In this document: piece by piece, positions 16,761 through 26,058 of the stretch
Layout of the letters: each line of letters starts with the position of its first letter
Numbering within the stretch: position 1 is the first letter of the stretch
NCBI GenBank assembly: GCA_038213805.1
Contig: JBBQSO010000072.1
Span: 1 to 27,060 of the forward strand
DNA: 27,060 bases
Origin: Planctomycetota bacterium
Lineage (GTDB): Bacteria; Planctomycetota; UBA11346
Reading direction: 5' to 3'
Program-made: the position numbers and the translations under genes
The notes under the pieces: model-generated
The model's database searches: none
Told to the model about the DNA's origin: nothing
Seen by the model: only the letters and a program-made list of their open reading frames with translations

Positions 16761-19480
16761 CCAGCGCCGTCGCGCCGATGCGCTACCGGCTGCGCCAGCT
16801 CGCGGCCGGACACGGCATCGCCACCGCGCTGGGCGGCCCGGCGCCGTCCGGGCGGCGCCTGCTGGCGACGGTGGAGCGGGGCGCAGTGATGATCAGCGAG
16901 GTCTCGGCGCGCTGGCGCGGGCGGGTGCTGATCAGCGAGACTCCTGCCGCGCTGTCGACGGCGGCCACAGAGAAGGTGCAGCGTGCGGCGCGCGCGCTGG
17001 CGCAGCCGCTGCCTGGCCGCGAGATCGTCGCGACCACGCGCTGCGAATTCGTGCTCGACGCGGATGAGGATCCGATCCTGCTCGCGCTCAGCCAGGATGG
17101 CGAGCCGTCCAGCGCCCCCAGCGTTTCAGGCGAAGCGGTTGAATTCCGCGCCTTCATCACCGCCGGTGAGCCCCGCGCGACAGGCGCGACCGTGGCCGGC
17201 CTGCTCACGGCGATGGATCTGCCCGCTGGCGCCAGCGCGCATGCCGGCTGCGGTGATGTGCTGGAGATCGCACCCGGACATGCGCTCGCCGAAGTGGCCG
17301 GGCGCGGACCGGACCGCGGCGCAGCACTGCAGGCGCTGGGCGCGGCCCTTGCGCAGACCCGCATCGCCGGCATCGCCTCGAACCTCGCATTGCTGCGCGC
17401 AGCCGCAGCCAGCCCGGCCATGGCGCGCGGCTTGGCCGACGCGCGCGAACTCGATGCCCTGGCCTACGCCCCGCCCGCCATTGAGGTGCTGGCCGCCGGC
17501 ACTCACACCACCGTCCAGGACGCGCCGGGCCGGCTCGGCTCGTGGAGCGTGGGCGTGCCCCCGTCCGGGCCGATGGACGATCTCGCCTTCCGCCTCGCCA
17601 ACCGCCTGGTCGGCAACCCCTCGGACGCCGCCGGTCTCGAGTCGACCCTGGTCGGGCCGACCCTGCGCTTCCACCAGCCGACGATCATCTGCGTGGCCGG
17701 CTGCCCGCTCGCGACCACCCTCGATGGTGCGCCGCTGCCGGCCTGGCGCGCGGTGGCGGTGCCGGCCGGGGCGGTACTCAAGGTCGGCGTGCCGACTGGC
17801 GCCGGCTGCCGGGCGGTCATCGCCATCCGCCATGGCCTGGACGTGCCCACCTATCTCGGCAGCCGCGCGACCTTCGACCTCGGCGGCTTCGGTGGGCACG
17901 CTGGCCGCGCGCTCAAGGCCGGCGATTGGCTGCCCCTCATGCGTCCCTGTCCCGCCGAGGAGCTTGCCGTCTGCCCCGCACCGCTGCCCGCGGCCAGCCG
18001 CCCGGCCTACACCCGCAGCTGGGAGATCGGCGTGCTGGAAGGGCCACACGCGGCGCCGGACTTCTTCACCCGCGACGACATGGCGATGCTCTACGCCACC
18101 CCCTGGGAGGTGCACCACAACTCCAATCGCACCGGCGTGCGGCTGATCGGGCCAAAGCCGCGCTTCGCGCGCCGCGATGGGGGCGAGGCCGGGCTGCACC
18201 CCTCGAACATCCACGACAACGCCTACGCGGTCGGCGCCATCGATTTCACTGGCGACATGCCGATCCTGCTCGGCCCGGACGGCCCCAGCCTGGGCGGCTT
18301 CGTCTGCCCAGCCGTCACCATCGCCGCCGAACGCTGGAAGCTCGGCCAGCTGCGCCCGGGCGACCGCGTGCGCTTCGCGCGCCTGACCCCGACCGAGGCG
18401 GCGGGCCGCCAGCAGGCCTGGGACCGTCTGACCGGCGTGGCCGGGGTGACACCCGCCATCGTCGTCGCCGAGGACGACCCGGGCGACGCGGTGATCATGT
18501 GCCGGCCGGCCGCCGGCGCCGTCCCCGCGCTGTGCCTGCGGCGCAGCGGCGATTGTTATCTGCTCATCGAGATGGGCGAGGCGGAGCTCGACCTGGCGCT
18601 GCGCCTGCGCGTGCACCTGCTCGCCGAACGCCTCGCCGCGCGCGGCCTGCCCGGGATCATCGATCTGACGCCCGGGATCCGCTCACTGCAGGTCCACCAC
18701 GACCCGCACGTCCTGCCGCTGCTCACCCTGCGCGCCGCGGTCGAGGAGCTCGAGGCCGGCTTGCCGGCGATCGACGCGGTCGAGATCCCCAACCGCATCG
18801 TCGAGCTGCCGCTGTCGTGGGATGATCCCGCCACCCGCCTGGCCACCGAACGCTACATGCGCACGGTGCGCGCCGATGCGCCGTGGTGCCCGTCCAATCC
18901 GGAATTCATCCGCCGCATCAACGGCCTGGGCAGCATCGCAGAAGTGCGCGACATCGTGTTCTCGGCCGACTACCTGGTGCTCGGCCTGGGCGACGTCTAC
19001 CTGGGCGCGCCGGTGGCGACGCCGCTCGACCCGCGTCACCGCCTGGTCACGACCAAATACAACCCGGCGCGCACCTGGACGCCGCAAAACGCCGTCGGCA
19101 TCGGCGGCGCGTACCTGTGCGTCTACGGCATGGAAGGGCCCGGCGGCTACCAGTTCGTCGGCCGCACCGTGCCGGTGTGGAGCACCTGGCGCCAGCAGGG
19201 CGCCTTCGTCCCCGGCACGCCCTGGCTGCTGCGCCCGTTCGACCGCCTGCGTTTCTACCAGGTCTCGGCCGACGAGCTGACCGCCCTGCGCGCCGATCCC
19301 GCGCGCGCCGCCGCCGCCATCCGCGTCACCCCCGCGCGCTTCCGCTGGGCCGAGTACCAGACCTGGCTGGCCACGCACGCAGCACCCATCGCCGACTTCC
19401 GCCAACGCCAGCGCGCCGCCTTCGCGGCGGAACGCGAGCGCTGGGCCGCACCCCCCCTCGCCGCGGTCAGGACCACATGA
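16757..19480 (+). CDS. Urea/guanidine carboxylase-family protein: intact carboxyltransferase, vestigial biotin carboxylase, no biotin carrier (907 aa)
   Basis: CT motifs [93 protein letters not shown] and [14 protein letters not shown]. No GYGFLSE, Gly-rich ATP loop, NTRLQVEH or MKM motif. Confidence 0.9.
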   Translation: MTSAVAPMRYRLRQLAAGHGIATALGGPAPSGRRLLATVERGAVMISEVSARWRGRVLISETPAALSTAATEKVQRAARALAQPLPGREIVATTRCEFVLDADEDPILLALSQDGEPSSAPSVSGEAVEFRAFITAGEPRATGATVAGLLTAMDLPAGASAHAGCGDVLEIAPGHALAEVAGRGPDRGAALQALGAALAQTRIAGIASNLALLRAAAASPAMARGLADARELDALAYAPPAIEVLAAGTHTTVQDAPGRLGSWSVGVPPSGPMDDLAFRLANRLVGNPSDAAGLESTLVGPTLRFHQPTIICVAGCPLATTLDGAPLPAWRAVAVPAGAVLKVGVPTGAGCRAVIAIRHGLDVPTYLGSRATFDLGGFGGHAGRALKAGDWLPLMRPCPAEELAVCPAPLPAASRPAYTRSWEIGVLEGPHAAPDFFTRDDMAMLYATPWEVHHNSNRTGVRLIGPKPRFARRDGGEAGLHPSNIHDNAYAVGAIDFTGDMPILLGPDGPSLGGFVCPAVTIAAERWKLGQLRPGDRVRFARLTPTEAAGRQQAWDRLTGVAGVTPAIVVAEDDPGDAVIMCRPAAGAVPALCLRRSGDCYLLIEMGEAELDLALRLRVHLLAERLAARGLPGIIDLTPGIRSLQVHHDPHVLPLLTLRAAVEELEAGLPAIDAVEIPNRIVELPLSWDDPATRLATERYMRTVRADAPWCPSNPEFIRRINGLGSIAEVRDIVFSADYLVLGLGDVYLGAPVATPLDPRHRLVTTKYNPARTWTPQNAVGIGGAYLCVYGMEGPGGYQFVGRTVPVWSTWRQQGAFVPGTPWLLRPFDRLRFYQVSADELTALRADPARAAAAIRVTPARFRWAEYQTWLATHAAPIADFRQRQRAAFAAERERWAAPPLAAVRTT

Positions 19481-19953
19481 GCGAACCCGTCGATCAGCAC
19501 GACCGCGACCTGCGCACGCTCTACGACCGCCCGGCCGCCACCCAGGCCTACCCGCCGGTGGCGCCTGACGAGGCCATCCCGGTGGCGGTGTTCGGCGCGC
19601 ACATGCGCGGCCAACCGTTGAATACCCAGATGCTCAGCCTGGGCGGGGTGTTCTCCGCGGACTGCCACACCGCTCCGCTCTACCGCTGCCACCTCATCGG
19701 CGGGCAAATCCCGCGTCCTGGATTGGTGCGTACCGCAGAGGGCGGCGCCAGCATCTCCGGAGAGATTTGGCGCCTGCCGCCCGCCGGCTTTGGCCGCCTG
19801 GTGAACGCCGTGGCCCCACCGCTGGTCATCGGCACCGTCGAACTCGCCGACGGCACCCGCCTCAAAGGGTACCTGTGCGAGGAACACGGCGCGCACGGCA
19901 CCACCGACATCACCCACTTCGGCTCGTGGCGGGCGTTCCTGGAAGCGCGCTGA
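19477..19953 (+). CDS. Stand-alone allophanate hydrolase C-terminal (GGCT-like) domain protein (158 aa)
   Basis: VAVFGAHMRGQPLN, TAPLYR, PRPGLVR, GEIWRLP, PPLVIGTVELADG, GYLCE and DITHFGSWRAFL. AGGA RBS and ATGA overlap. No amidase domain. Confidence 0.88.
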   Translation: MSEPVDQHDRDLRTLYDRPAATQAYPPVAPDEAIPVAVFGAHMRGQPLNTQMLSLGGVFSADCHTAPLYRCHLIGGQIPRPGLVRTAEGGASISGEIWRLPPAGFGRLVNAVAPPLVIGTVELADGTRLKGYLCEEHGAHGTTDITHFGSWRAFLEAR

Positions 19954-20004
19954 GGAGCAGCAAAGCAAGTGGTTCTGCGGTGAGATGAGCGGGCTGGATC
20001 TCAT

Positions 20005-20097
20005 CCTCCTGCCGTCTCCATGTCTCCATGGCGATCCTTCTGCGGAGGATTTCACGAAGAGGAATCGACAGGGAGACACCGAGAAACGCAGCGGAGG
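20005..20097. repeat. Long imperfect inverted repeat (REP/MITE-like)
   Basis: Left arm CCTCCTGCCGTCTCCATGTCTCCATGGCGATCCT. Reverse complement of the right arm is CCTCCGCTGCGTTTCTCGGTGTCTCCCTGTCGATTCCT. Confidence 0.6.
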
Positions 20098-20166
20098 CAT
20101 GGCGGATGAAGCCGGTCAGCGGCCACGACATGCCCTGACGTCACCCACTGATCTCGCCGAGGAATC

Positions 20167-20199
20167 AAAAAAGACGGGCGCCGTCGCCGGCGCCCGTCT
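20167..20199 (-). terminator. Intrinsic terminator of prs-rplY
   Basis: Stem GACGGGCGCCG-tcgc-CGGCGCCCGTC preceded by AAAAAA on +, which is a U-tract on the minus strand. Lies 25 bp past the rplY stop. Confidence 0.88.
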
Positions 20200-20224
20200 G
20201 GTTGAACCCGCAAGCGCAGAGCGC

Positions 20225-20953
20225 TCACTTCTTCTTGGCGGCGTCCTTGGCCGGGGCGCCCTTGGCGGCGGCGGCCGGAGCGCCCTTGGCGCCGGCAGCG
20301 GCCGCAGGGGCGGCAGCCTTGCCATCGGCGGCAGCCATCGGGGTGGCACCTTCTGCACCGGCGGCCGCGGCAGCGGTGGCCTCGGCTTCGGCGGTCTTCA
20401 TGCCGCGCGTGATGACCACGCTGAGCAGCGGCTGGCGGGCGGGGGTGACCAGGGTCACGCCCTTGGGCAGCACGCAGCGATCGGCATAGACGGTGTCAGT
20501 CAGCTCGACCGCGCCGAGGTCGACGACGATGCTGTCGGGGATGGCGTTGGCCTTGCACTTCACCTTCACCTTGCGCAGGTGCTGCTCAACGATGCCACCG
20601 GCCTTGACGCCGGGGCAGTTGCGCGCGTCGGGCACCACGGCGACGTCGACCTTGATCTCAGAGGCCTCGTCGACCTCGAGCAGGTCGATGTGGGTGATCT
20701 TGTCCGTCAGGCAGTCCTTCGCGATCTGCGCGCGCAGGGCGGTCAGGGTCTTGCCGCCGACCTCGATCTTGCACAGGTGGATGACGTGGGCGGCAAGGTT
20801 GGTCGCGCTCTTCAGATCGAAGGTCACGTGCTGGCTGGGGTGCCCCTTGCGGCTGATGGTCACGGGGACCTGGCCCGCGGCGCGCAGCTTGGACGCGGCG
20901 CTGCTGCCGGTCGCGGTGCGGGGCTGGGCGGAATAAGTAAGGATGGCGCTCAT
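20225..20953 (-). CDS. rplY: 50S ribosomal protein bL25/Ctc
   Basis: GSSAASKLRAAGQVP, ITHIDL, GVKAGGIVEQ, IPDSIVVDL, LPKGVTL and an Ala/Lys-rich tail. Follows prs. Confidence 0.93.
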   Translation of the reverse strand: MSAILTYSAQPRTATGSSAASKLRAAGQVPVTISRKGHPSQHVTFDLKSATNLAAHVIHLCKIEVGGKTLTALRAQIAKDCLTDKITHIDLLEVDEASEIKVDVAVVPDARNCPGVKAGGIVEQHLRKVKVKCKANAIPDSIVVDLGAVELTDTVYADRCVLPKGVTLVTPARQPLLSVVITRGMKTAEAEATAAAAAGAEGATPMAAADGKAAAPAAAAGAKGAPAAAAKGAPAKDAAKKK

Positions 20954-20969
20954 GGTGACTCCTGGCCTG

Positions 20970-21890
20970 CTACACGAACAGGGAGCTGACGGACTGGTTG
21001 GTGTGGATGCGTTTGATGGCCTCGCCGAGGAGCGGCGCGACGCAGAGGACTTTGATGGGCAAATCGGCGAACCTGCGCTTGAGCGGGATACTGTCGGTGA
21101 TCACCAGCTCGTCCAGCTGCACCTCGCTGAGGCGCTCGTAGGCGTCCCCGCACAGCACCGCATGGGTGGTCACCGGGATGACGCGCTTGGCGCCGTGGGT
21201 GCGCGCGGTCTTGATCGCGTTGGTCATGCTGCCGGCGGTGGTGATCATGTCGTCGATGATGATCACGTTGCGGTCGCCGATGTCGCCGATGACGTTGGCG
21301 ACCTCGGTCCTGCTGTCGCCCAGGCGGCGCTTGTCGATGATCGCGAGCTTGGCGCCGAGCGCCTTGGCGACGCGGTCGGCGAGCTTGATCGAGCCGGTGT
21401 CCGGGCTGACCACCACGGTGTCGCCGAGCCCGAGCGAGCTCAGGTAGCCGAGCTGCACCGGCAGCGCCGTGAGGTGGTCGACGGGCACGTCGAAGAAGCC
21501 CTGGATCTGCTGGGCGTGCAGGTCGAGCGTCAGCAGGCGCTGGATGCCCGACGTGGTCATGATGTTGGCGACCAGCTTGGCGGTGATCGGCACGCGGCCG
21601 TCGTGCTTGCGGTCCTGGCGGGCGTAGCCGAAGTAAGGCACCACCGCGGTGATGCGCTTAGCCGAGGCGCGGCGCAGCGCGTCGGCGATGATCAGCAGCT
21701 CCATCAGGAAGTCGTTGGTGGTCGTGGGCTGGACCACGAACACGTCGGCGCCGCGCACGTCCTCCTGGATCTGGACCTTGATCTCCCCGTCCGGGAAGCG
21801 GTCGCAGGTCATCTCGCCAAGGCGTGAGCCCACGGCATCGGCGATGGCCTGCGCGAGCGGACGGTTGGCGTTGCCGGAGAAGATCCGCAT
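20970..21890 (-). CDS. prs: Ribose-phosphate pyrophosphokinase
   Basis: IFSGNANRPLA, FPDGE, PYFGYARQDRK, DLHAQQIQGFF, IIDDMITTAGS, SVSSLF. Confidence 0.98.
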   Translation of the reverse strand: MRIFSGNANRPLAQAIADAVGSRLGEMTCDRFPDGEIKVQIQEDVRGADVFVVQPTTTNDFLMELLIIADALRRASAKRITAVVPYFGYARQDRKHDGRVPITAKLVANIMTTSGIQRLLTLDLHAQQIQGFFDVPVDHLTALPVQLGYLSSLGLGDTVVVSPDTGSIKLADRVAKALGAKLAIIDKRRLGDSRTEVANVIGDIGDRNVIIIDDMITTAGSMTNAIKTARTHGAKRVIPVTTHAVLCGDAYERLSEVQLDELVITDSIPLKRRFADLPIKVLCVAPLLGEAIKRIHTNQSVSSLFV

Positions 21891-22010
21891 GGGGTCCCAG
21901 GGAGGGGCGGGTGAGGGTCTGGAGCCTGTGCGTCCGAATACCGTTCGGATGCGAAAGGTCGAGGAGATTACGGCCGAGGTCGGGGACGCAAGCGGCAAGA
22001 AGGCGGCAGT

Positions 22011-23498
22011 TTATACGCCGGCGGCCGGGCCGCCCTCGCCGCCAGGCACGGGCAGCGGATCGCGCCGCGTGCCGGCCAGCCAGGCGCGGATCCGCGGCAT
22101 CAACACCTCGCTAAGCAGGATCTTGGCGCAGGCGGCCGCTGGGATGGCCAGGATCAGGCCATAAAGCCCTGCCAGCGACCCTCCGGCGATGGCCGCCAGC
22201 AGGATCGCCACCGGGTGCAGGTTGGTGGCCTTGCACTGGATGAGGGGATTCAGGACATAGTCCTCGAGCGCCTGGGCGATGACATTGACCAGGGCCGGGA
22301 AGAGCAGGACCTTCCACCAGATGATGGCGAGATGACCGCTCACCGGATCCTTGGTGGTGTAGAAGCCGGCTTCGCTCTCCCCGCCTACTCCTACCATCAG
22401 CAGCAGCCAGGCCAGCGGCAGGCCGAGCGCCGCCAGGTAGGGCACCAGGCTGGCCAGGCCGGTGGCCAAGCCCAGCAGCCAGCCGTGTGGTACCCCGCAC
22501 ATCGTCCAGCCGACGGCATAGATCAGGCCGACCACACTGCACACCAGGATGCGTCCGCGTACGAAACCGCTGATCGCGCGGTCCATCATCCCGAGCAGTT
22601 CCAGGGTGCGGCCGCGGCTTTCCGCCGGCACCAGCGAGCGGATCGAAGCGGCGACCGCCGGGAACGACAAGCTGAAATAGACGAAGCAGAAGGCGGTCAG
22701 GAAGACCGCCAATGCAAGTCCTACCGCACCCGCGAACAACCCACCGACGAAGCCGAGGACGCTCGCACCACCTTTGGCGAGGCGCGCCAGGAAGCCGCCA
22801 TCGACCCCGCTGGCGTCGCCCGTGGCGGCGGACGCATGACGCTCGAACTCCTCGCGCACCAGGACGCGGATGCGCGCCTCGTCGAGCGGCGGCGACGTGC
22901 CCGCGTAGTCACGGGCCGGGACGGCTGTAGCCGGGGTAGGAATAGGAGCGTCGGGTCGCGGGACTCCGGCAGCGGCGACGGCATCCCCGGAGACGTTGGC
23001 GTCAGTGCCTGAGGCGTGCCCGTTCGGAGCGCCGGTGCCTCCCACCGCCGTGGACGGATTGGGTGCGTCCGGCAGCAACTCCAGCACGGACGCGACCCCA
23101 CCACGCAGCCATTCCGGAACGTCCGGATCGCTGGCCATGGCACGTACGCGCTCGACGTACTTTCCGGCGTTGGCGCTCAGGGCCCGCACCTCGCGGGTGA
23201 TGACCGGCACCGCCAGCAGCACCACCACGGTCACCGCCATCACGCCGCCCAGCAGCAGCCCAAGCACCGCGCGCTTGCGCCCCAGCCGCGGCAGGCGCGT
23301 GGTCAGCCAGACGATCAGCGGCTCGACGATGTAGGCCAGGGCCAGCGCGACCAGCAGCGGCACGGTGACGATCGACACCACCGAGCCGAGCCAGACGATT
23401 CCGACCAGGACCGCGATCACCAGCAGGTCGCGCACCGCCTGGATCTGCCAGAGGTGGAGGCGGTACCAGGACTTCTCGGGATCCTGCGGGCTGGTCAT
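22011..23498 (-). CDS. AI-2E (PerM) family transporter
   Basis: LAYIVEPLIVWL, ISGFVRG, LVPYL, LEDYVLNPLI, LHPVAILLA...GLYGLILAIP and many TM helices. Confidence 0.9.
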   Translation of the reverse strand: MTSPQDPEKSWYRLHLWQIQAVRDLLVIAVLVGIVWLGSVVSIVTVPLLVALALAYIVEPLIVWLTTRLPRLGRKRAVLGLLLGGVMAVTVVVLLAVPVITREVRALSANAGKYVERVRAMASDPDVPEWLRGGVASVLELLPDAPNPSTAVGGTGAPNGHASGTDANVSGDAVAAAGVPRPDAPIPTPATAVPARDYAGTSPPLDEARIRVLVREEFERHASAATGDASGVDGGFLARLAKGGASVLGFVGGLFAGAVGLALAVFLTAFCFVYFSLSFPAVAASIRSLVPAESRGRTLELLGMMDRAISGFVRGRILVCSVVGLIYAVGWTMCGVPHGWLLGLATGLASLVPYLAALGLPLAWLLLMVGVGGESEAGFYTTKDPVSGHLAIIWWKVLLFPALVNVIAQALEDYVLNPLIQCKATNLHPVAILLAAIAGGSLAGLYGLILAIPAAACAKILLSEVLMPRIRAWLAGTRRDPLPVPGGEGGPAAGV

Positions 23499-23761
23499 GG
23501 CACCTCCGACGGGGGCAGGATGCCGTCACCCACAGCAGCGCAAAGCGCTTCTCGGGAGAGTCTGGAAAGACAGCCGAATAGGAGGGGCGCAGGCGCGCAG
23601 GCCGGAAGCGGCGAAAATGCGGCCCGTCCGAGTTGGATTCACAATCGCGATCCACCAGCGCAGCGAGCCGCCGTCGTTCTTCTCTGCTCTTCGCGGCTCC
23701 GCTGCTGCTGTGCACCGTCAGCTGTCTGCTGTCCCAGTCCGCCGCGAACGCCTGCCCGCAT

Positions 23762-25969
23762 TCACGGACCGAGCAGGCCCTTCACCGCCGTGCCGAGCTG
23801 GGCCATGGTGAAGGGTTTCTCGATCGCGGCGACGCGGCCCGGCTCGACCAGGGCGACCACGTCATCGCCGCCGGCGTAGCCGGAGGAGAACAGCACGCGC
23901 AGCCCGGGCCGCAGATGGCGCATCTCGCGGAAGGCCTCGACGCCGCCCATCTCGGGCATGATCACGTCGAGTACGGCGAGGCGGATGCGCTCTCCCTCCG
24001 CCGCGAGCACGACCAGGGCCTCGCGACCATTGCCGGCGGTCAGCACGGTACAGCCGAGATCGGCGAGGATGTCGGCGGTGAGCTGGCGGACCTCGGGGTC
24101 GTCGTCGACCAGCAGCACGACCGGCGGCTCGGTCGGGGCGGCAGATGCGGCCGGCGCGGCCATCAGTGGTGTTGTCGGCAGCCGCGGCACGGGTCGCGAT
24201 GGCGGCTTGGTGGTCAACGGCAACACCAGGCGGAAGCGCGCGCCCCCGCCCGGCAGGTTGCTGGCACTGATCGCCCCGCCATGCGCGCGCACCGTGCCGT
24301 AGACCGCCGAAAGGCCGAGGCCGGTGCCCTTGCCGACCGGCTTGGTGGTGAAGAACGGATCGAAGATGCGCGGCAGGACCTCATCAGGGATGCCGTGGCC
24401 GCTGTCGCTGACGGTCAGCTCGGCGTAGGGGCCGGGCGGCAGCTCGCCGCCGCCCGCCGCGCGCTCACCCGGGCCGGGCTCGACCGGCGCGGTGGTGATC
24501 GCCAAGGTGCCGCCGTCCGGCATGGCGTCGCGCGCGTTGATGCCGAGGTTGATCAGGGCATTGAGCAGTGCCGAGCGGTCGCCCAGCACGGGGAGGGGTA
24601 GCGTCCCGCAATCGCAGCGGATGGCGATGGCGCGTTCCAGGCTGTGGCGCAGCAGCTCGTGCGCCTGGCCGACCACCTCGCGCAGGTCGTGGACTTCGCG
24701 CCGCACCGGGTCCTTGCGCGCAAAGGCGAGCAGGCGGCGGTTCGATTCGGCGACCTGCTCGGCGCTGGTGATGATGGTGCGCAGGTGCCCGCGGCGCGCG
24801 ACGTCGCTCTCAGCGCGCTCGGCCAGCCCGGCCGCAGCGCACATCACCGCCAGCATGTTGTTGAAATCGTGGGCGATGCCGCCGGCGAGCTTGCCCACCG
24901 ACTCAAGCTTCTCCGCCTGGTGGAGGCGCTCCTCGGCGACCAGGCGTTCGGTGACGTCGCGAAGCACCACCACCACCCCGGCCACCGCGCCCGCCACCGG
25001 CATGGCCGTGATCTGCGCGCGGCGCGGCGCTCCTGTTTGGCCGTCCACCCCGGCAACGCGCGTGAAGGCCACCGCCTCGCCCGGGGCATAGGCCCGCCCA
25101 GCGTGCAGAACCTGCTCACGGATCGCGGCGACCAATGCCGGCGAGTCGGCGCAGCGGCCCTCGAGCAGCGCGAGCAGCGGCCGCCCCGAAGCGGCGGCGC
25201 GCTCGCTGCCGAGCAGCTCCGCCGCCGCGGGATTGATGCGCTCAACCAGCAGATCGGCGTCGGTGGTGATGACGCAGTCGGCGAGCGCGTCGAGCACCGC
25301 GGTGAGGCGCTCGAGCAGGACGCCGGCGCCCTCGACGGCGTGCGCCAATTCGTCGCCGCCGCGACCGGCGCGCAGGCGCATCTCCGGGGCCGCGTCGAGT
25401 ACCCGCACCAGCGAGCGCAGTCGTCGCTGCAGCAGGCGGCCGAGCAGCAGATAGACGACCGCGACCAGCACCGCATCGAGCACCACGATCTGCACCACCG
25501 CCTCGTAGCGACGCACCGCCAGCTCGGCGTTGATCTGGCGGCGGCTGACCGCCAGCTCGACCGTGCCGACCCGGCGCGGGCCGCTCGCCTGATCCATGGC
25601 CAGGTCACGCTGCACGTGGGGCAAGGCGGAGGCGTCCTCGACCGGACGGGCGGCCAGCGCCACCGGCCGCCAATCCGCATCGCGGCCCACGCGCACCGAC
25701 GCGATGGCGCCGATGCGCACCTCGGCCCACAGCAGGTGCTGGTCGCCGAGCAGCTCGGCCATGAGCATTTCGCTCACTTGCGGGGCGTTGATCGTCCACA
25801 CCGGTTCGACCAGGGTGCGGCCGAGGCGGTCGAGGCTGTGTTCGACATCCGCCGCAAGCTGCGCCTCGAGACGGCCGCGCAGCCCGGCCATGGCGAACGC
25901 GGCGAGTCCGCCGAGCACCAGCGAGGCGACAAGCAGGAAGGCCAGGGTGAGCTTGAGGCGGAGGGTCAT
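23762..25969 (-). CDS. Membrane-bound hybrid sensor histidine kinase (TM-periplasmic-TM, PAS, HisKA, HATPase, receiver)
   Basis: H-box [11 protein letters not shown]-box [11 protein letters not shown]1 DSGHGI, F/G2 [18 protein letters not shown]. Receiver motifs [19 protein letters not shown] and EKPF. PAS segment [13 protein letters not shown]...INPAA. Confidence 0.95.
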   Translation of the reverse strand: MTLRLKLTLAFLLVASLVLGGLAAFAMAGLRGRLEAQLAADVEHSLDRLGRTLVEPVWTINAPQVSEMLMAELLGDQHLLWAEVRIGAIASVRVGRDADWRPVALAARPVEDASALPHVQRDLAMDQASGPRRVGTVELAVSRRQINAELAVRRYEAVVQIVVLDAVLVAVVYLLLGRLLQRRLRSLVRVLDAAPEMRLRAGRGGDELAHAVEGAGVLLERLTAVLDALADCVITTDADLLVERINPAAAELLGSERAAASGRPLLALLEGRCADSPALVAAIREQVLHAGRAYAPGEAVAFTRVAGVDGQTGAPRRAQITAMPVAGAVAGVVVVLRDVTERLVAEERLHQAEKLESVGKLAGGIAHDFNNMLAVMCAAAGLAERAESDVARRGHLRTIITSAEQVAESNRRLLAFARKDPVRREVHDLREVVGQAHELLRHSLERAIAIRCDCGTLPLPVLGDRSALLNALINLGINARDAMPDGGTLAITTAPVEPGPGERAAGGGELPPGPYAELTVSDSGHGIPDEVLPRIFDPFFTTKPVGKGTGLGLSAVYGTVRAHGGAISASNLPGGGARFRLVLPLTTKPPSRPVPRLPTTPLMAAPAASAAPTEPPVVLLVDDDPEVRQLTADILADLGCTVLTAGNGREALVVLAAEGERIRLAVLDVIMPEMGGVEAFREMRHLRPGLRVLFSSGYAGGDDVVALVEPGRVAAIEKPFTMAQLGTAVKGLLGP

Positions 25970-26058
25970 GCGCAGGTGCAAACCATTACCGGTTCCCCGC
26001 GCCGTCAAATGAACATGATGCAACCCTTCCCGGCATCCACCCCGCCCGGACCCGCCAC

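Noticed and set aside
16757..17480. Frameshift hiding an intact biotin carboxylase
   Set aside because: The alternative-frame ORFs in the track show no BC motifs, the remnants are all in the main frame, and the region is too short for a full BC domain.
19478..19480. Stop-codon readthrough into a biotin-carrier domain
   Set aside because: No MKM biotinylation motif follows, and the downstream DNA encodes the allophanate hydrolase C-domain.
20225..20400. Repetitive GCCTTGGC/GCGGC sequence
   Set aside because: Explained by the Ala/Lys-rich low-complexity tail of bL25. It is not a repeat array or CRISPR.
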